DNA from: Oceanispirochaeta sp.
Lineage (GTDB): Bacteria; Spirochaetota; Spirochaetia; DSM-2461
Length of the DNA: 64,000 bases
Direction: 5' to 3'
NCBI GenBank assembly: GCA_963663385.2
Contig: CAXXXD010000003.1
Span: 1,056,001-1,120,000 of the forward strand
Shown here: piece by piece, positions 36,953-50,393 of the stretch
How the letters are laid out: each line of letters begins with the position of its first letter
Numbering within the stretch: position 1 is the first letter of the stretch
Notes under the pieces: model-generated
The model's input: only the letters and a program-made list of their open reading frames with translations
Database searches by the model: none
Told to the model about the DNA's origin: nothing
Translations under genes and position numbers: made by a program

Positions 36953-39904
36953 ATGTCAGAAGACTTGGATAAGAAACAACCGAAGGCAACATTGATTAAG
37001 CATAAGAAAACAGACTCACCCGCAAAAGCTGACTCTGGTGATAACAAAAAGAAAGTAGTTGTTGTTAAAAAGAAAGTAGTAGTGAAAAAAGCTCATAAAG
37101 TAATCAGCACGAAAGATGCCCCTTACACTCCTTCAAAAGGAGCATCCGAGAAGAGATCGGATGAAGGATCCAGTACTGTGGCTACCCCTTCTCAAAAAGA
37201 GCAGCGGCCGACAGCTGCACGCAGCGAGGATATTGCAGAAACGGGAAGTCCCGTACGAACGGGCCGTGCCGGAAATTATGCCAATCGCAGTAGTGATGGG
37301 AGAGCTGGAAATCTGAGCAGAAGCCCACGTGAGGGCGGTCGTGCCGGGAATTATGCGCCCGGTGGCAGAAACTATGATCGGAATAGAAACGGCGGATATA
37401 ATCGTCAGGGTGAAGGCGGCCGTTCCGGCGGCTACCAGGGCGGTGGAGACCGTCAGGGCGGCTACCAGGGCGGTGGAGACCGTCAGGGCGGCTATCAGGG
37501 CGGTGGCGACCGTCAGGGCGGCTATCAGGGCAGACCCGGCGGCTACCAGGGCGGCGGAGACCGTCAGGGCGGCTATCAGGGCGGCGGAGACCGTCAGGGC
37601 GGCTATCAGGGCAGACCCGGCGGCTACCAGGGCGGCGGAGACCGTCAGGGCGGCTATCAGGGCAACCGTGGCGGTTACCAGGGCGGTGGAGATCGTCAGG
37701 GCGGCTACCAGGGCAGACCCGGCGGCTACCAGGGCAGCAGACCTCAGGGCCAGGGAGGCTATCAGGGCAGACCCGGCGGCTATCAGGGCAGCAGACCTCA
37801 GGGCCAGGGCGGCTATCAGGGCAGACCTCAGGGCCAGGGCGGCTATCAGGGCAGACCTCAGGGCCAGGGCGGCTATCAGGGCAGACCTCAGGGCCAGGGC
37901 GGCTATCAGGGCAGACCCGGCGGACAGGGTGGAAGACCTGGTGGATTTCAGGGACGTCCCGCTGGTAACAGACCCGGAGCTGGTCCTTCCGAATCCATGA
38001 AAGATGCTCAGAAGACCACACCGAAGAAATTTTTTAAATCAAAGAAGGGTAAAACTTTTCAGAAGAAGAAAGACCAGCAATCTGAAAAAATGCTGCAGTA
38101 TAAGAAAAAAACTGTGAGCAACGCGAACCCTGTTCCAAAAGAGATTGATATAATGGAAGTCATCACTGTGTCAGAACTGGCCCGGAAGATGAACCTCAAA
38201 GCTTCCGATCTGATCAGTAAACTCATAGGAATGGGTATGATGGTTACCATCAACCAGCAGATTGATGCAGAAACAGCAACTCTTCTGGCTGATGAATTCA
38301 ATTGCAAGGTCAAAATTGTTTCCCTTTATGATGAAACCATTATCGAATCAGAAAAAGATGAAGAGATTGATCTGGACAGCAGACCACCTATCATTGCTGT
38401 TGTAGGTCATGTTGACCATGGTAAAACAAAGCTTCTGGATGCCATCCGGACCACTGATGTTGTTGCCGGAGAGTACGGCGGAATAACACAGCATATCGGA
38501 GCCTATACCATCAAGAATAAGGATGGAAAGGATCTGACCTTTCTGGACACACCCGGACATGCGGCTTTTACCCTTATGAGGGCAAGAGGGGCTCAGGTTG
38601 CTGATATTGTTGTTCTTGTTGTTGCCGCTAACGACGGGGTTATGCCTCAGACTGTGGAAGCAATTAATCATGCCAAAGCAGCAGAGGTTCCCATTATTGT
38701 TGCTGTCAATAAAATGGACCTTCCCGATGCCAATCCGGATCGTGTAAAGCAGCAGCTGTCCGAATATAACCTTATGCCTGAGGATTGGGGCGGAACCACG
38801 CAGTTTGTTGAAATCTCTGCTCTCAAGCGTGAGGGTGTGGATGATCTGATTGATACAATCATGCTTGAAGCCGAAATGATGGAACTGAAATCAAACTGGA
38901 ACTGTCGTGCAGAAGGTAAAATTATTGAATCAAAGGTCGATCAGGGTAGAGGTATCGTTTCAACGGTTCTGGTAGAACGGGGTATTCTAAAAGTTGGAGA
39001 CTCCTTTGTTGCCGGTGTATTCCCCGGTAAAGTCCGGGCCATGTTTAATGACAAGGGCGAAAATGTTGATGAAGCAACGCCGTCCATGCCTGTTGAGATT
39101 CTCGGATTTACGGGAATACCAAACTCGGGAGACCCCTTTCAGGTTACCGAGAATGAAAGGGTAGCCCGTCAGTACGGACAGAAGCGGCAGGAACTCAGAA
39201 AGATGGAAGATGCCAAGAACGTCAAGAAAATTACACTTGATAACCTGTATGATAATATTCAGTCCGGAGATGTACAGGAACTGAATGTGATTATCAAGGG
39301 AGATGTTCACGGTTCTGTTGAAGCACTTCAGCAGGCTCTTGAGAAGCTTAGTACTCCTGAAATCCGTCTGGTTTGCAAGCATGCTGCCGCCGGTGCCATT
39401 ATTGAAAATGATGTTGTTCTGGCCGCCGCTTCTGATGCCATTATTATCGGTTTTCATGTACGGCCTACTCCCAAGGCTCAGATGGTGGCAGATAAGGAAA
39501 AGGTTGAAATCAGAAAATACAATATTATCTACGATGTAGTAGAAGATATTCGGTCTGCCATGGAAGGAATGCTGATTCCGGACCTGGAAGAGAATGTTAT
39601 CGGAAAGGTTGAAATCCGTGAGACTATCAAAATACCTAAAATCGGCCTGATCGCCGGATGTATGGTTACTTCCGGTATCGTGACCAGAAAAAGCAGTGTT
39701 CATGTCATTCGTGAGGGAATTGAAATCCATACAGGACCTATTTCTTCACTGAAACGCTTTAAAGATGACGCCAAGGAAGTACGTGAAGGATTTGAATGTG
39801 GTATATCTCTTGAGAATTTTAATGATATTAAAGTTGGTGATGAACTGGAAGTCTTTGAAATGAAGGAAATTGCCAAGAAACTCGGGGAGCCTTCCAAGTC
39901 GTGA
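36953..39904 (+). CDS. infB: Translation initiation factor IF-2
   Basis: [38 protein letters not shown]. Confidence 0.99.
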   Translation: MSEDLDKKQPKATLIKHKKTDSPAKADSGDNKKKVVVVKKKVVVKKAHKVISTKDAPYTPSKGASEKRSDEGSSTVATPSQKEQRPTAARSEDIAETGSPVRTGRAGNYANRSSDGRAGNLSRSPREGGRAGNYAPGGRNYDRNRNGGYNRQGEGGRSGGYQGGGDRQGGYQGGGDRQGGYQGGGDRQGGYQGRPGGYQGGGDRQGGYQGGGDRQGGYQGRPGGYQGGGDRQGGYQGNRGGYQGGGDRQGGYQGRPGGYQGSRPQGQGGYQGRPGGYQGSRPQGQGGYQGRPQGQGGYQGRPQGQGGYQGRPQGQGGYQGRPGGQGGRPGGFQGRPAGNRPGAGPSESMKDAQKTTPKKFFKSKKGKTFQKKKDQQSEKMLQYKKKTVSNANPVPKEIDIMEVITVSELARKMNLKASDLISKLIGMGMMVTINQQIDAETATLLADEFNCKVKIVSLYDETIIESEKDEEIDLDSRPPIIAVVGHVDHGKTKLLDAIRTTDVVAGEYGGITQHIGAYTIKNKDGKDLTFLDTPGHAAFTLMRARGAQVADIVVLVVAANDGVMPQTVEAINHAKAAEVPIIVAVNKMDLPDANPDRVKQQLSEYNLMPEDWGGTTQFVEISALKREGVDDLIDTIMLEAEMMELKSNWNCRAEGKIIESKVDQGRGIVSTVLVERGILKVGDSFVAGVFPGKVRAMFNDKGENVDEATPSMPVEILGFTGIPNSGDPFQVTENERVARQYGQKRQELRKMEDAKNVKKITLDNLYDNIQSGDVQELNVIIKGDVHGSVEALQQALEKLSTPEIRLVCKHAAAGAIIENDVVLAAASDAIIIGFHVRPTPKAQMVADKEKVEIRKYNIIYDVVEDIRSAMEGMLIPDLEENVIGKVEIRETIKIPKIGLIAGCMVTSGIVTRKSSVHVIREGIEIHTGPISSLKRFKDDAKEVREGFECGISLENFNDIKVGDELEVFEMKEIAKKLGEPSKS
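37427..37918 (+). repeat. Coding tandem repeat in infB (18 GGYQG units with GGDRQ/RP/RPQGQ spacers)
   Basis: Repeated GGCGGCTA(C/T)CAGGGC core in 21-33-nt in-frame units. Confidence 0.97.
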
Positions 39905-40263
39905 ATGATTTACGATTAAAAAGAGTTGAGAGTCTGATTCGGGATCAGGTAAGTAATCTCATTTTGATGGGTGAGCTGAAGGATCCAAGGATCAACTCCC
40001 TTCTCTCTATTACAACAGTGAAAGTTGCTTCCGATCTGACCTTTGCCAGGCTGATGGTCTCTTCTCTTGAAGGGGAGGCTAAGCTGGCCAAAAGTGTTAA
40101 AGCTCTCAACCATGCGGCCGGATTTATTCAGAACAGGATTGGAAAGCAGCTTCGTATGAGACAGACTCCCCGTCTGCTTTTTGTCGAGGATACCTCAGTT
40201 AGGGACAGTATCGCTTTAAACAGGAAGATCGACAGTCTGATAAATCATGACGGAGAAGAATAA
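39901..40263 (+). CDS. rbfA: Ribosome-binding factor A
   Basis: [31 protein letters not shown] overlap with infB. Confidence 0.96.
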   Translation: MNDLRLKRVESLIRDQVSNLILMGELKDPRINSLLSITTVKVASDLTFARLMVSSLEGEAKLAKSVKALNHAAGFIQNRIGKQLRMRQTPRLLFVEDTSVRDSIALNRKIDSLINHDGEE

Positions 40264-41131
40264 AGACGGTATTGTTTTTCTGAACAAAAGGACCGGTGAA
40301 ACATCCTTTCAGTCCCTAGGGTGTGTAAAAAGAACCCTGGGAATAAAAAAAGTTGGACATACGGGAACCCTGGACAAGTTTGCTTCAGGGCTTCTTATTG
40401 TGTTAACCGGACGTTTTACCAGGTTGAACAGCCTGATTACAGGCATGGATAAGGTCTATGAAGCGGACTTCCAGTTCGGAAAAGAGACGGATACTCTCGA
40501 TCCGGAAGGGAAGGTAATCGCAGAGGCGCCGCTGCCTGATGAAGAATTGATCAGAAAAACAATGAATTCATTTCTGGGAAAAATAGAACAGTGTCCTCCG
40601 CTCTATTCAGCTATACATATTGATGGGCAACGGGCACATAAACTGGCAAGAAAGGGGATTGAACAGGAAATGCCCGCCAGGTCAGTTCAAATATTTGCCT
40701 TTGATTTTCTCTCTTATGAAAAAGGGGTTTTGAAGGTCCGTGTCCACTGCTCCAAAGGAACTTACGTGCGCTCACTTGCACGGGATCTGGGGATAGCCTG
40801 TGGAAGCCGGGCATATGTCACAAAGCTGAGGCGGACAAAAATAGGTCCATTCTGTCTCGAGGAAAGTGTAACCGGCGATGTTTTTAAGGAGACTGCACCT
40901 TTCTATCCCTGGAGGGAGTTTCTGCGGAGACTGCCCCATACAGCTGTGTTGACCGTTACGGATGATGCGGTTCCGCTGATTGCAAATGGCGTTCCCTTCA
41001 GAACTTTCTTTCTGGCTGATCCTTCGGAAAAACCGGATGGTTTAACAGCTCTGATAAAGAAGGACGGGCAGATTGTTGCTCTTCTTTCCGATGAGAATAA
41101 TGGATATAAGTATAAAATCAATTTCTCCTGA
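40247..41131 (+). CDS. truB: tRNA pseudouridine(55) synthase
   Basis: [39 protein letters not shown]. Confidence 0.97.
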   Translation: MTEKNKDGIVFLNKRTGETSFQSLGCVKRTLGIKKVGHTGTLDKFASGLLIVLTGRFTRLNSLITGMDKVYEADFQFGKETDTLDPEGKVIAEAPLPDEELIRKTMNSFLGKIEQCPPLYSAIHIDGQRAHKLARKGIEQEMPARSVQIFAFDFLSYEKGVLKVRVHCSKGTYVRSLARDLGIACGSRAYVTKLRRTKIGPFCLEESVTGDVFKETAPFYPWREFLRRLPHTAVLTVTDDAVPLIANGVPFRTFFLADPSEKPDGLTALIKKDGQIVALLSDENNGYKYKINFS

Positions 41132-41148
41132 CAGCAGGATTTGTCAGA

Positions 41149-41176
41149 TTGACTTTTATGGTTATTTGGTTAAAAT
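41149..41176 (+). promoter_or_regulatory. Putative sigma70 promoter of rpsO-pnp
   Basis: TTGACT-16 nt-TAAAAT. Confidence 0.65.
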
Positions 41177-41279
41177 GGATATTTCAGGTACTGATTCCTG
41201 CAGGGTGTTACTCTACTTGCAATTGGTGAAATGCCTGTATATTAATAATTTTTTACATTTTTCAGGAGTTATATTAATT

Positions 41280-41546
41280 ATGTTAACTAAAGAAGATAAA
41301 GCACAGATTGTAGCAGAATTCGGAAAAGACGGTGGAGATACCGGCGCGACAGAGGTACAGATTGCGCTACTTACAAAAAGAATTGAGGATCTGTCTGAAC
41401 ATTTCAAATCACATAAGAAGGATCATGCTTCAAGAAGAGGACTGCTAAAGATGGTCGGTACCCGTCGTAAACTCTTAAGATACCTTAAAAGAACCAATCT
41501 TGAGGGTTACAGGGCACTGATCGCAAAACTCGGTCTTAGAAAATAA
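41280..41546 (+). CDS. rpsO: 30S ribosomal protein S15
   Basis: [41 protein letters not shown]. Confidence 0.98.
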   Translation: MLTKEDKAQIVAEFGKDGGDTGATEVQIALLTKRIEDLSEHFKSHKKDHASRRGLLKMVGTRRKLLRYLKRTNLEGYRALIAKLGLRK

Positions 41547-41564
41547 TAAGACAAAGGAAACTAA

Positions 41565-43679
41565 ATGGAAACTTTCAAATTTCGAATTGGTGATGAGGAT
41601 CTCATCCTGGAAACGGGAAAAATTGCCCGACAGGCCAATGGGGCTGTTATTGCAAAATATGCCGGTTCTACCGTTATGGCTACAGTATGCTGTGGTTCAG
41701 AATCAGTAGAGGGCCTGGATTATGTTCCTCTTTCAGTGGATTACAATGAACGCTATTATGCAGCCGGAAAAATCCCCGGCGGTTTTCTTAAAAGAGAAGC
41801 CCGTCCTAAGGATAAGGAAATCCTGGTTTCCCGTCTGATAGACCGCCCTATGCGGCCACTTTTCTATAAGGCTTTCGGAAGAGAAATTCAGGTCGTTCCC
41901 ATGACCATTTCCACCGACCAGATTCATACACCCGATGTAATCGGGATGATAGCTGCCTTTGCAGCTGTTATGATTTCCGATATTCCCTTTAACGGGCCTG
42001 TTGCAGCCGTACGTGTTGCATCATTGAATGGTGAGTATGTTATCAATCCCACCTTTCCCCAGATTGAAGAGAGTGAACTGGATATTATAGTAGCCGCATC
42101 AAACGACGGCATCTGTATGGTCGAAGGCGGGGCTAAAGAAGTTTCTGAAGATCTGATGCTCGGCGCTATTCAGGCAGCGGAACCTGTTCTTAAGGATCTG
42201 TGTGACTTCCTGGCTGATATGGCTGCCAAATGCGGTAAGGAAAAACTTCCTTTTGCAGAAAAAACCATCACCCTTGACAGGTGGGATGATATGTATGCGG
42301 AGGCTTATCCTCTTATGGAAAAGGCTTGTTTTCTGGATGGAAAATTCGAAAGACGTCTTGCTATCAAAGAGATCCGCAACAATATGATGGAAAAGTACGA
42401 CAAGGAGATTCCCGAAGAGCAGCAGAAGCTTGTTGGAGATCTTTTTGAAGAACTGGAGCGGGTAATTATCCGTAAATCCATTATTGAAAACAATACACGC
42501 TGTGATAAGCGTAAAAGTGACGAGATCCGTCCTATCAGTTGTGAGGTTTCTCTTCTTCAGAGAACCCACGGTAGTTCTCTGTTTACCAGAGGGGAAACCC
42601 AGTCCATTGGTGTAACCACTCTCGGAAGCGTTCTGGATGAGCAGATTATGGACGATATTGACGGTGACAGACGTTCAAGCTTTATGCTTCACTACAACTT
42701 TCCTCCCTATTCCGTAGGTGAAACAGGCCGTCTCGGTACTGGCCGCCGTGAAATCGGACATGGGCATCTTGCACAGAGAGCTATTGAAGGCGTGTTGCCT
42801 TCCAAGGAGAAATTCCCCTATACAATCCGTGTTGTCTCTGAAATAACAGAATCAAACGGTTCCTCCTCTCAGGCAACCATCTGTAGCGGAACCATGTCTC
42901 TTCTTGATGCAGGAGTTCCTCTTAAGGCACCTGTTGCAGGTATTGCCATGGGGCTGATTAAGGAAGGGGATGACTTTGTTGTTCTTTCCGACATTCTGGG
43001 TGAAGAAGACCACATGGGTGATATGGACTTCAAGGTAGCCGGTTCGGAAGCTGGTATAACAGCTTTCCAGATGGATATCAAAATCCCCGGAATCAGTATT
43101 GATATTATGAAGAAAGCTCTGGCTCAGGCGTTGGCCGGTCGTCAGCATATACTCGGTATCATGAATGAAACCATCAGTAAACCAAATGAAGATGTTTCTG
43201 ATTTTGCTCCCAAGGTGCTTTCCCTTAAAGTTGACCAGGATAAAATCGGGATGCTGATTGGCCCCGGTGGTAAAAATATCAAGAGCATGTCTGAAAAGAG
43301 CGGTGCCAAAATCAATATTGATGAAGATGGAACAGTCAGCATTTTCGCCCGGGAAAAGAAGGGCGCTGTGATGGCTGAAACCATGATCAAAGGTCTGATT
43401 GAAGAACCCGAGGTTGGTCGAATTTATCAGGGTGTTGTAAAACGACTGATGGATTTCGGTGCTTTTATTGAAATTCTGCCCGGTAAAGAAGGACTCTGTC
43501 ATATTTCCAAGCTTTCAAAAGAACGTGTCAGCAATGTTTCTGATGTTCTGAAAGAGGGGCAGGAAGTGGAAGTTCGTCTGATTGAAGTGGATAGAATGGG
43601 ACGTATCAACCTTAGTGTTGTAGATGCTCAGGATCCCGATTGGAAACCCCGTTCCGGTGGCGGACACAACAGACGCTAA
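41565..43679 (+). CDS. pnp: Polyribonucleotide nucleotidyltransferase
   Basis: GKIPGGFLKRE, RREIGHG, ESNGSSS, GDMDFKVAG, KH and S1 domains. Confidence 0.99.
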   Translation: METFKFRIGDEDLILETGKIARQANGAVIAKYAGSTVMATVCCGSESVEGLDYVPLSVDYNERYYAAGKIPGGFLKREARPKDKEILVSRLIDRPMRPLFYKAFGREIQVVPMTISTDQIHTPDVIGMIAAFAAVMISDIPFNGPVAAVRVASLNGEYVINPTFPQIEESELDIIVAASNDGICMVEGGAKEVSEDLMLGAIQAAEPVLKDLCDFLADMAAKCGKEKLPFAEKTITLDRWDDMYAEAYPLMEKACFLDGKFERRLAIKEIRNNMMEKYDKEIPEEQQKLVGDLFEELERVIIRKSIIENNTRCDKRKSDEIRPISCEVSLLQRTHGSSLFTRGETQSIGVTTLGSVLDEQIMDDIDGDRRSSFMLHYNFPPYSVGETGRLGTGRREIGHGHLAQRAIEGVLPSKEKFPYTIRVVSEITESNGSSSQATICSGTMSLLDAGVPLKAPVAGIAMGLIKEGDDFVVLSDILGEEDHMGDMDFKVAGSEAGITAFQMDIKIPGISIDIMKKALAQALAGRQHILGIMNETISKPNEDVSDFAPKVLSLKVDQDKIGMLIGPGGKNIKSMSEKSGAKINIDEDGTVSIFAREKKGAVMAETMIKGLIEEPEVGRIYQGVVKRLMDFGAFIEILPGKEGLCHISKLSKERVSNVSDVLKEGQEVEVRLIEVDRMGRINLSVVDAQDPDWKPRSGGGHNRR

Positions 43680-43735
43680 AATAATTATGCTTAAAGCCGC
43701 ATTGCCGGTGGTTATTGACTAAAGCATGATTATAG

Positions 43736-43765
43736 AAGGGGCTGTCCTGGGGCAGCTCCTTTTTT
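43736..43765 (+). terminator. Intrinsic terminator after pnp
   Basis: AAGGGGCTGTCC-TG-GGGCAGCTCC-T6. Confidence 0.8.
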
Positions 43766-43784
43766 CAATTATAAAGGAAAATTC

Positions 43785-44225
43785 ATGGAAATAATTACAG
43801 TTCCTGTTACAGGAAAAAAGGAAATGTCTCCTCATTACGGTTCCGAACTGGCTGCCGGCGCCGATTTGCGAGCAGATATCGATGAGCCTGTTGTTATGGC
43901 TCCTGGCAGCTACGTTATGATTCCGACCGGTTTGAGAATGGCGATACCGGCCGGATTTGAAGGGCAGGTCAGGCCACGCTCCGGTCTGGCGGCTAAGCAT
44001 GGAGTCACAGTGCTTAATACTCCCGGAACGATTGATGCGGACTACCGGGGTGATGTGAAGGTTATCCTTATTAACCTGGGAAAGGAAGATGTTACAATCA
44101 GAAGAGGGGAGAGAATTGCCCAGCTGATTATTGCTCCCGTTTTAAGAGCCGAGTTTGAATGGACCGGCGATCTTGAAGAAACCGGTAGGGGAGCGGGAGG
44201 TTTTGGATCAACCGGTAGAGCCTGA
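43785..44225 (+). CDS. dut: Trimeric dUTPase
   Basis: [39 protein letters not shown]. Confidence 0.98.
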   Translation: MEIITVPVTGKKEMSPHYGSELAAGADLRADIDEPVVMAPGSYVMIPTGLRMAIPAGFEGQVRPRSGLAAKHGVTVLNTPGTIDADYRGDVKVILINLGKEDVTIRRGERIAQLIIAPVLRAEFEWTGDLEETGRGAGGFGSTGRA

Positions 44226-45337
44226 TGAAACGAAACCTCCTGTCAATTATGTCCTTCCTCTTATTTCTCCTTCATTTATCTGTTCCTGTTTTTGCAGAGA
44301 CTGACAATCCGGGAAGTTTGCTGGATAAACTTGAAATCGCCCGGGTTCGGGGCGATTTTCAGCAGATGGGATGGTTAAGGCTGAAACTGGAAAAGCTCCT
44401 GAATAATGAGGCGGATGCATTTGTCCGGACTGCAATCAAACGGGCCCTTTGGGTTGAACAGATCCCTCTGGATGGCAGTGGGATATTTGACTATGATATA
44501 TCAGCTATGGAATCGGATGGAGATGATATCTGGATAGGGAGTAGAAGTGGTGATATTGCCCGTTATTCCCTTTCAGAAAGGAGTTGGTTCATCCTTCGGA
44601 CCGGAGCTCCCTCTCTGGTTGTTAGAGCAGTCAATGCCATTGAAAACGACAGGGACCGGCTATGGTTTCTCTCCTATGGGAGTGTACTGATTTACGATAA
44701 AAGACAGGGCAGCAGTTTCCCGGTAGACCTTCCGGATCATGCGGATTACAGAGGGATGCAGAGTCTGTCTCTTCTGGGGAGGGGAATCCTTGTGGGAACG
44801 CAGTCCGGAGGCTTCAGACGCATCCTCCCGAATGAGGAAACCGTCATCCCCATAGAAGGCTTGAGGAATATTTGCTATTTGAAAAGGGTTGAGTCAAACT
44901 GTCTGATGGCAGGTACGGAAGAGGATGGGCTTTTTATGCTGGATCAGGCATTCCGACCTGTTCCGGTTATCAGCAATAACAGGCAAACCTCCTCTGTCCG
45001 TACCATATTGAAGGGGGACGGGTATTATCTGGCTGGTTCCTACGGGAATGGAATCTTTATGCTGAGAGGCGAAGAATATCCCTATGATTTTAAAAAGTTC
45101 CATACAAAGGGGAGCTGGATAACCGATGGAATTGAAATAAATGAGGGGTATTGTTTCAGTAGCCTGGGAAATGGTTTAATATATATGGATAAAAAAGATC
45201 TCACTATCCGGACTGCCGGTATAGCTGATGGTCTGCCTTCTCTCGATATTACATCAATGGAGTATTCCGCACCCTATATTATCTGCGGTACTCAGGGACA
45301 GGGGTTGTTAGTCGTACATGAGAACTTTTTTAAGTAA
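44225..45337 (+). CDS. Exported beta-propeller protein (Reg_prop-like repeats)
   Basis: Signal peptide; repeated IWIGS/LVGTQ.GG/AGTEEDGL/AGSYGNGI blades; DGLPSLDI. Confidence 0.75.
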   Translation: MKRNLLSIMSFLLFLLHLSVPVFAETDNPGSLLDKLEIARVRGDFQQMGWLRLKLEKLLNNEADAFVRTAIKRALWVEQIPLDGSGIFDYDISAMESDGDDIWIGSRSGDIARYSLSERSWFILRTGAPSLVVRAVNAIENDRDRLWFLSYGSVLIYDKRQGSSFPVDLPDHADYRGMQSLSLLGRGILVGTQSGGFRRILPNEETVIPIEGLRNICYLKRVESNCLMAGTEEDGLFMLDQAFRPVPVISNNRQTSSVRTILKGDGYYLAGSYGNGIFMLRGEEYPYDFKKFHTKGSWITDGIEINEGYCFSSLGNGLIYMDKKDLTIRTAGIADGLPSLDITSMEYSAPYIICGTQGQGLLVVHENFFK

Positions 45338-46609
45338 ACGCTATTCCTACAATACGCTTTACATATACATAGCCAAAGAGTTTTTTCTTTCTTTCCTGGT
45401 TTCCTTTCTTTTTTTCTTTTTTATTTTTTTTATTAATCAGCTGCTCCTGCTGGCAGAGGATATTCTGGCAAAACAGGTGCCCTTTCAGTATGTTCTTAAG
45501 CTGATATTTTTCTCACTTCCTTCCATCATTGCCATATCTTTTCCTTTTGCTACTCTGGTGGGTACCCTGATGACATTCGGACGTTTCTCTTCGGATAACG
45601 AAATCCTTGCTATGAAGTGCTCCGGAATAACTTACAACAGAATATTCTTGCCGGTATTTATAATAGGCATTGCCTTCTCTTTTATTTCATTTTTCGTCAA
45701 TGATTATCTGCTTCCTCTGGGAACCATTAATTTTTCCAAACTTTATCGTGAGCTGATCTATAGAAACCCGGAAATGGAGCTTGAATCCTACTCTATCAAA
45801 TACTTTCAGGATAAAATCCTCATAACCGGACAGGTTGATGGAAAAAACATTGATAACATGGTGATAATAGAGAAAAACTCCGAATCAAACCGGCGTATCA
45901 TTACTGCCGATTCTGCTCAGATTGACAGTTCCTTCGAAGATAAGGGAGTTATTTCCTTTAAGCTGGATACTATCCTTGATCATGAATCGATAAAAAGGAA
46001 CAGGGGGGAGTTTTCCTACAGCCGGGCAGAGAGTATGATCTATAATATCCTGTTAAAAGATATAACCTCCTCTATCCGTAATCCCGGTCCCCGGGAGATG
46101 AGTTCTCCCGATGTGTACAAGGTTATAAAGGAGAAGGAAGTCAAATTCGCTTTAAAGGAAGAGCAGCAGAATCGGAAGGTCCTTGAGGACTTCGCCGCTT
46201 ATTACGGCGAATGGAGCAGTCTGGATTATGAGGCGAACCCCCGGAATCTTAACAGTTACTGGCCGCGCCTTGAATCAATGAACCGCAAATTTAAGGAAAC
46301 CTCTCAGGCAAGGGTTCACGACCGTTCCCTTCAGGTATGGAAGCTGGAGTTCTTTCAGAAATTCGCTATCCCTTTCTCCTGCCTTCCTTTTGTTATCCTT
46401 GCTTTTCCTCTTGGACTCTTTACAAAACGAAGCGGAAAGTCAGTGGGGTTCGGGATCGGCCTGTTTATCACAATAATCTATTGGGGAATGCTTGTGGCCG
46501 GGCGAACCATGGGAATCAGAACCTTCTATCCCCCCGGTTTAACCATGTGGTTTCCGAACCTCCTGATATTGACTGTCGGAAGCGTTCTCTATCTTTTCAG
46601 GATCGGAAA

Positions 46610-46613
<4 letters not shown>
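45318..46613 (+). CDS. lptF: LptF/LptG family permease (LptF)
   Basis: YIAKEF, RFSSDNEILAM..SGI, QKFAIPFSCL; 3 TM + periplasmic domain + 3 TM. Confidence 0.9.
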
Positions 46614-48833
<2,220 letters not shown>

Positions 48834-48834
48834 T

Positions 48835-50391
48835 TTGAAAGAGACCACACGCCGCCAGAGTATGCTCTCCACTATCGCGGTTATGACCGGTACCCTTGGG
48901 TCCCGTATCCTCGGTTTTGTCCGAATTGCCCTTATCAGCATGTTTTTCGGAGCCGGGGGAGAGGCGGATGTACTTAATGCGGTATTCAACATTCCCAATA
49001 ACTTCAGAAAACTCCTGGCTGAGGGTGCTCTTTCTTCTGCCTTCATCCCGGAACTGTCCAGGCAGATTGTTCAGGATAAAACAGGAGAAAAAGCAAGAAA
49101 ACTGAGCCGGAACATTCTGGCTCTTCAGCTACTGATTCTGATTCCCCTCTCTCTGGTTTGTATATTCTTTCCCCAGGTGATTTTAAAGGTTTTTATCCGT
49201 TTTGAGGATCCGGCTATGACAGCACTGGCTGTCAGGCTCTTCCGCTGGCTGTTTCACTATATTCTGCTGATCAGCATTAATGCAGTGCTGATGGCTGTAC
49301 TCAACTCTCATAATCAGTTTCTTATACCTGCGGTGTCGCCTTTTCTCTTTTCTGTTTCAGTAATCACCTCTATTGTCATATGGCACAGTACTCTGGGAAT
49401 CTTTTCCATGGTGATTGGAGTTCTGGGGGGTGGGTTCGCCCAGATTATCTGTCAGTATCCGGCCTATCGAAAGCTGGGATACAGACTGGTCCCAAGGGTC
49501 GACTTTAAGGATGAGGCCTTCAGGCGTGTCATGAGACAGTGGCTGCCTGTACTGGTCACTTCCTCTATCTTTACAATCAATCAGCAGGTTGCCATTTTTC
49601 TGGCTACGGGACTGGAAGAAGGGAGTACAACAGCCCTCAGTAATGCCATTGTATTCTGGCAGCTTCCTTTCGGGATATTTTCCGCCTCCATTACAACGGT
49701 GCTTTTCCCGAAGATGAGCCGCCTGGCCGGATCGGAAAACTGGGATAAACTCTCTTCAACCATCCAGGACGGGATCCACATGCTGGCGGTACTGCTGGTC
49801 CCCTCATCCATTCTGCTTGCCCTGTTCGGTCCGGAACTGATCTCAACGGCTCTGCAGCGGGGGGAGTTCAATGCTGAAGATACAGCTCTTACAGCTCGGG
49901 TTCTGGCGGCATACTGTCCGGGAATGCTGTTTGTCGGTTCCTATAACCTTTTTCAACGGTCATTTTACTCCCTGGGAAACTATAGATACCCCCTTTATAC
50001 GGCGGCTGTGACAGTTGTAATGGATATAGCTCTTTCTCTTATTTTTATCCAGTTCGGATGGGGCGTTGCCAGCCTGGCCTGGGCCAATTCCATCGCCATG
50101 ACCACAGGGTGCTTTGTAATGGCTGCGGGAGCTGTCAGGGGGCGTATTAAAATGGCATATGTAAAGCTGGTGCAGCACCTATTTAGAGTTCTTGCGGCAC
50201 AGGTTCCAATGATCTTCTTTATTATGCTTTTAAAACACTTTATAACTGTCAATGCCTTCTACGAAGGAAGCAGTTGGATGAATTTTCTCGTTCTCGCGGG
50301 AGAGGGCATTGCATCGCTTGTACTGCTGTTTTTTCTTTACCTTTTAATGAAACTGGATGTCCTGACGATTCTTAAAAAGAGGGAGATCTGA
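48835..50391 (+). CDS. murJ: Lipid II flippase MurJ (MviN)
   Basis: SRILGFVR, FNIPNNFRKLLAEGALSSAFIP, QLPFGIF, QRGEF. Confidence 0.96.
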   Translation: MKETTRRQSMLSTIAVMTGTLGSRILGFVRIALISMFFGAGGEADVLNAVFNIPNNFRKLLAEGALSSAFIPELSRQIVQDKTGEKARKLSRNILALQLLILIPLSLVCIFFPQVILKVFIRFEDPAMTALAVRLFRWLFHYILLISINAVLMAVLNSHNQFLIPAVSPFLFSVSVITSIVIWHSTLGIFSMVIGVLGGGFAQIICQYPAYRKLGYRLVPRVDFKDEAFRRVMRQWLPVLVTSSIFTINQQVAIFLATGLEEGSTTALSNAIVFWQLPFGIFSASITTVLFPKMSRLAGSENWDKLSSTIQDGIHMLAVLLVPSSILLALFGPELISTALQRGEFNAEDTALTARVLAAYCPGMLFVGSYNLFQRSFYSLGNYRYPLYTAAVTVVMDIALSLIFIQFGWGVASLAWANSIAMTTGCFVMAAGAVRGRIKMAYVKLVQHLFRVLAAQVPMIFFIMLLKHFITVNAFYEGSSWMNFLVLAGEGIASLVLLFFLYLLMKLDVLTILKKREI

Positions 50392-50393
50392 AA

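Noticed and set aside
37182..38021. Alternative-frame ORFs (279 aa minus, 223 aa plus) and CRISPR-like periodicity
   Set aside because: By-products of the stop-free GC-rich coding repeat in infB; no unique spacers and no cas genes
41073..41279. N-terminal extension of S15 in the ORF track
   Set aside because: Promoter and SD place the start at 41280; the extension is leader/truB overlap
43681..43733. Imperfect inverted repeat ATAATTATGCTT..AAGCATGATTAT after pnp
   Set aside because: AT-rich, single copy and next to a clear terminator; probably a 3'UTR hairpin or chance
46337..46609. Long N-terminal extension of lptG suggesting a frameshift or fusion
   Set aside because: ATGA coupling at 46610 gives a normal-length LptG; the same applies to upstream extensions of tmk, queA, the TonB-like gene and rplI
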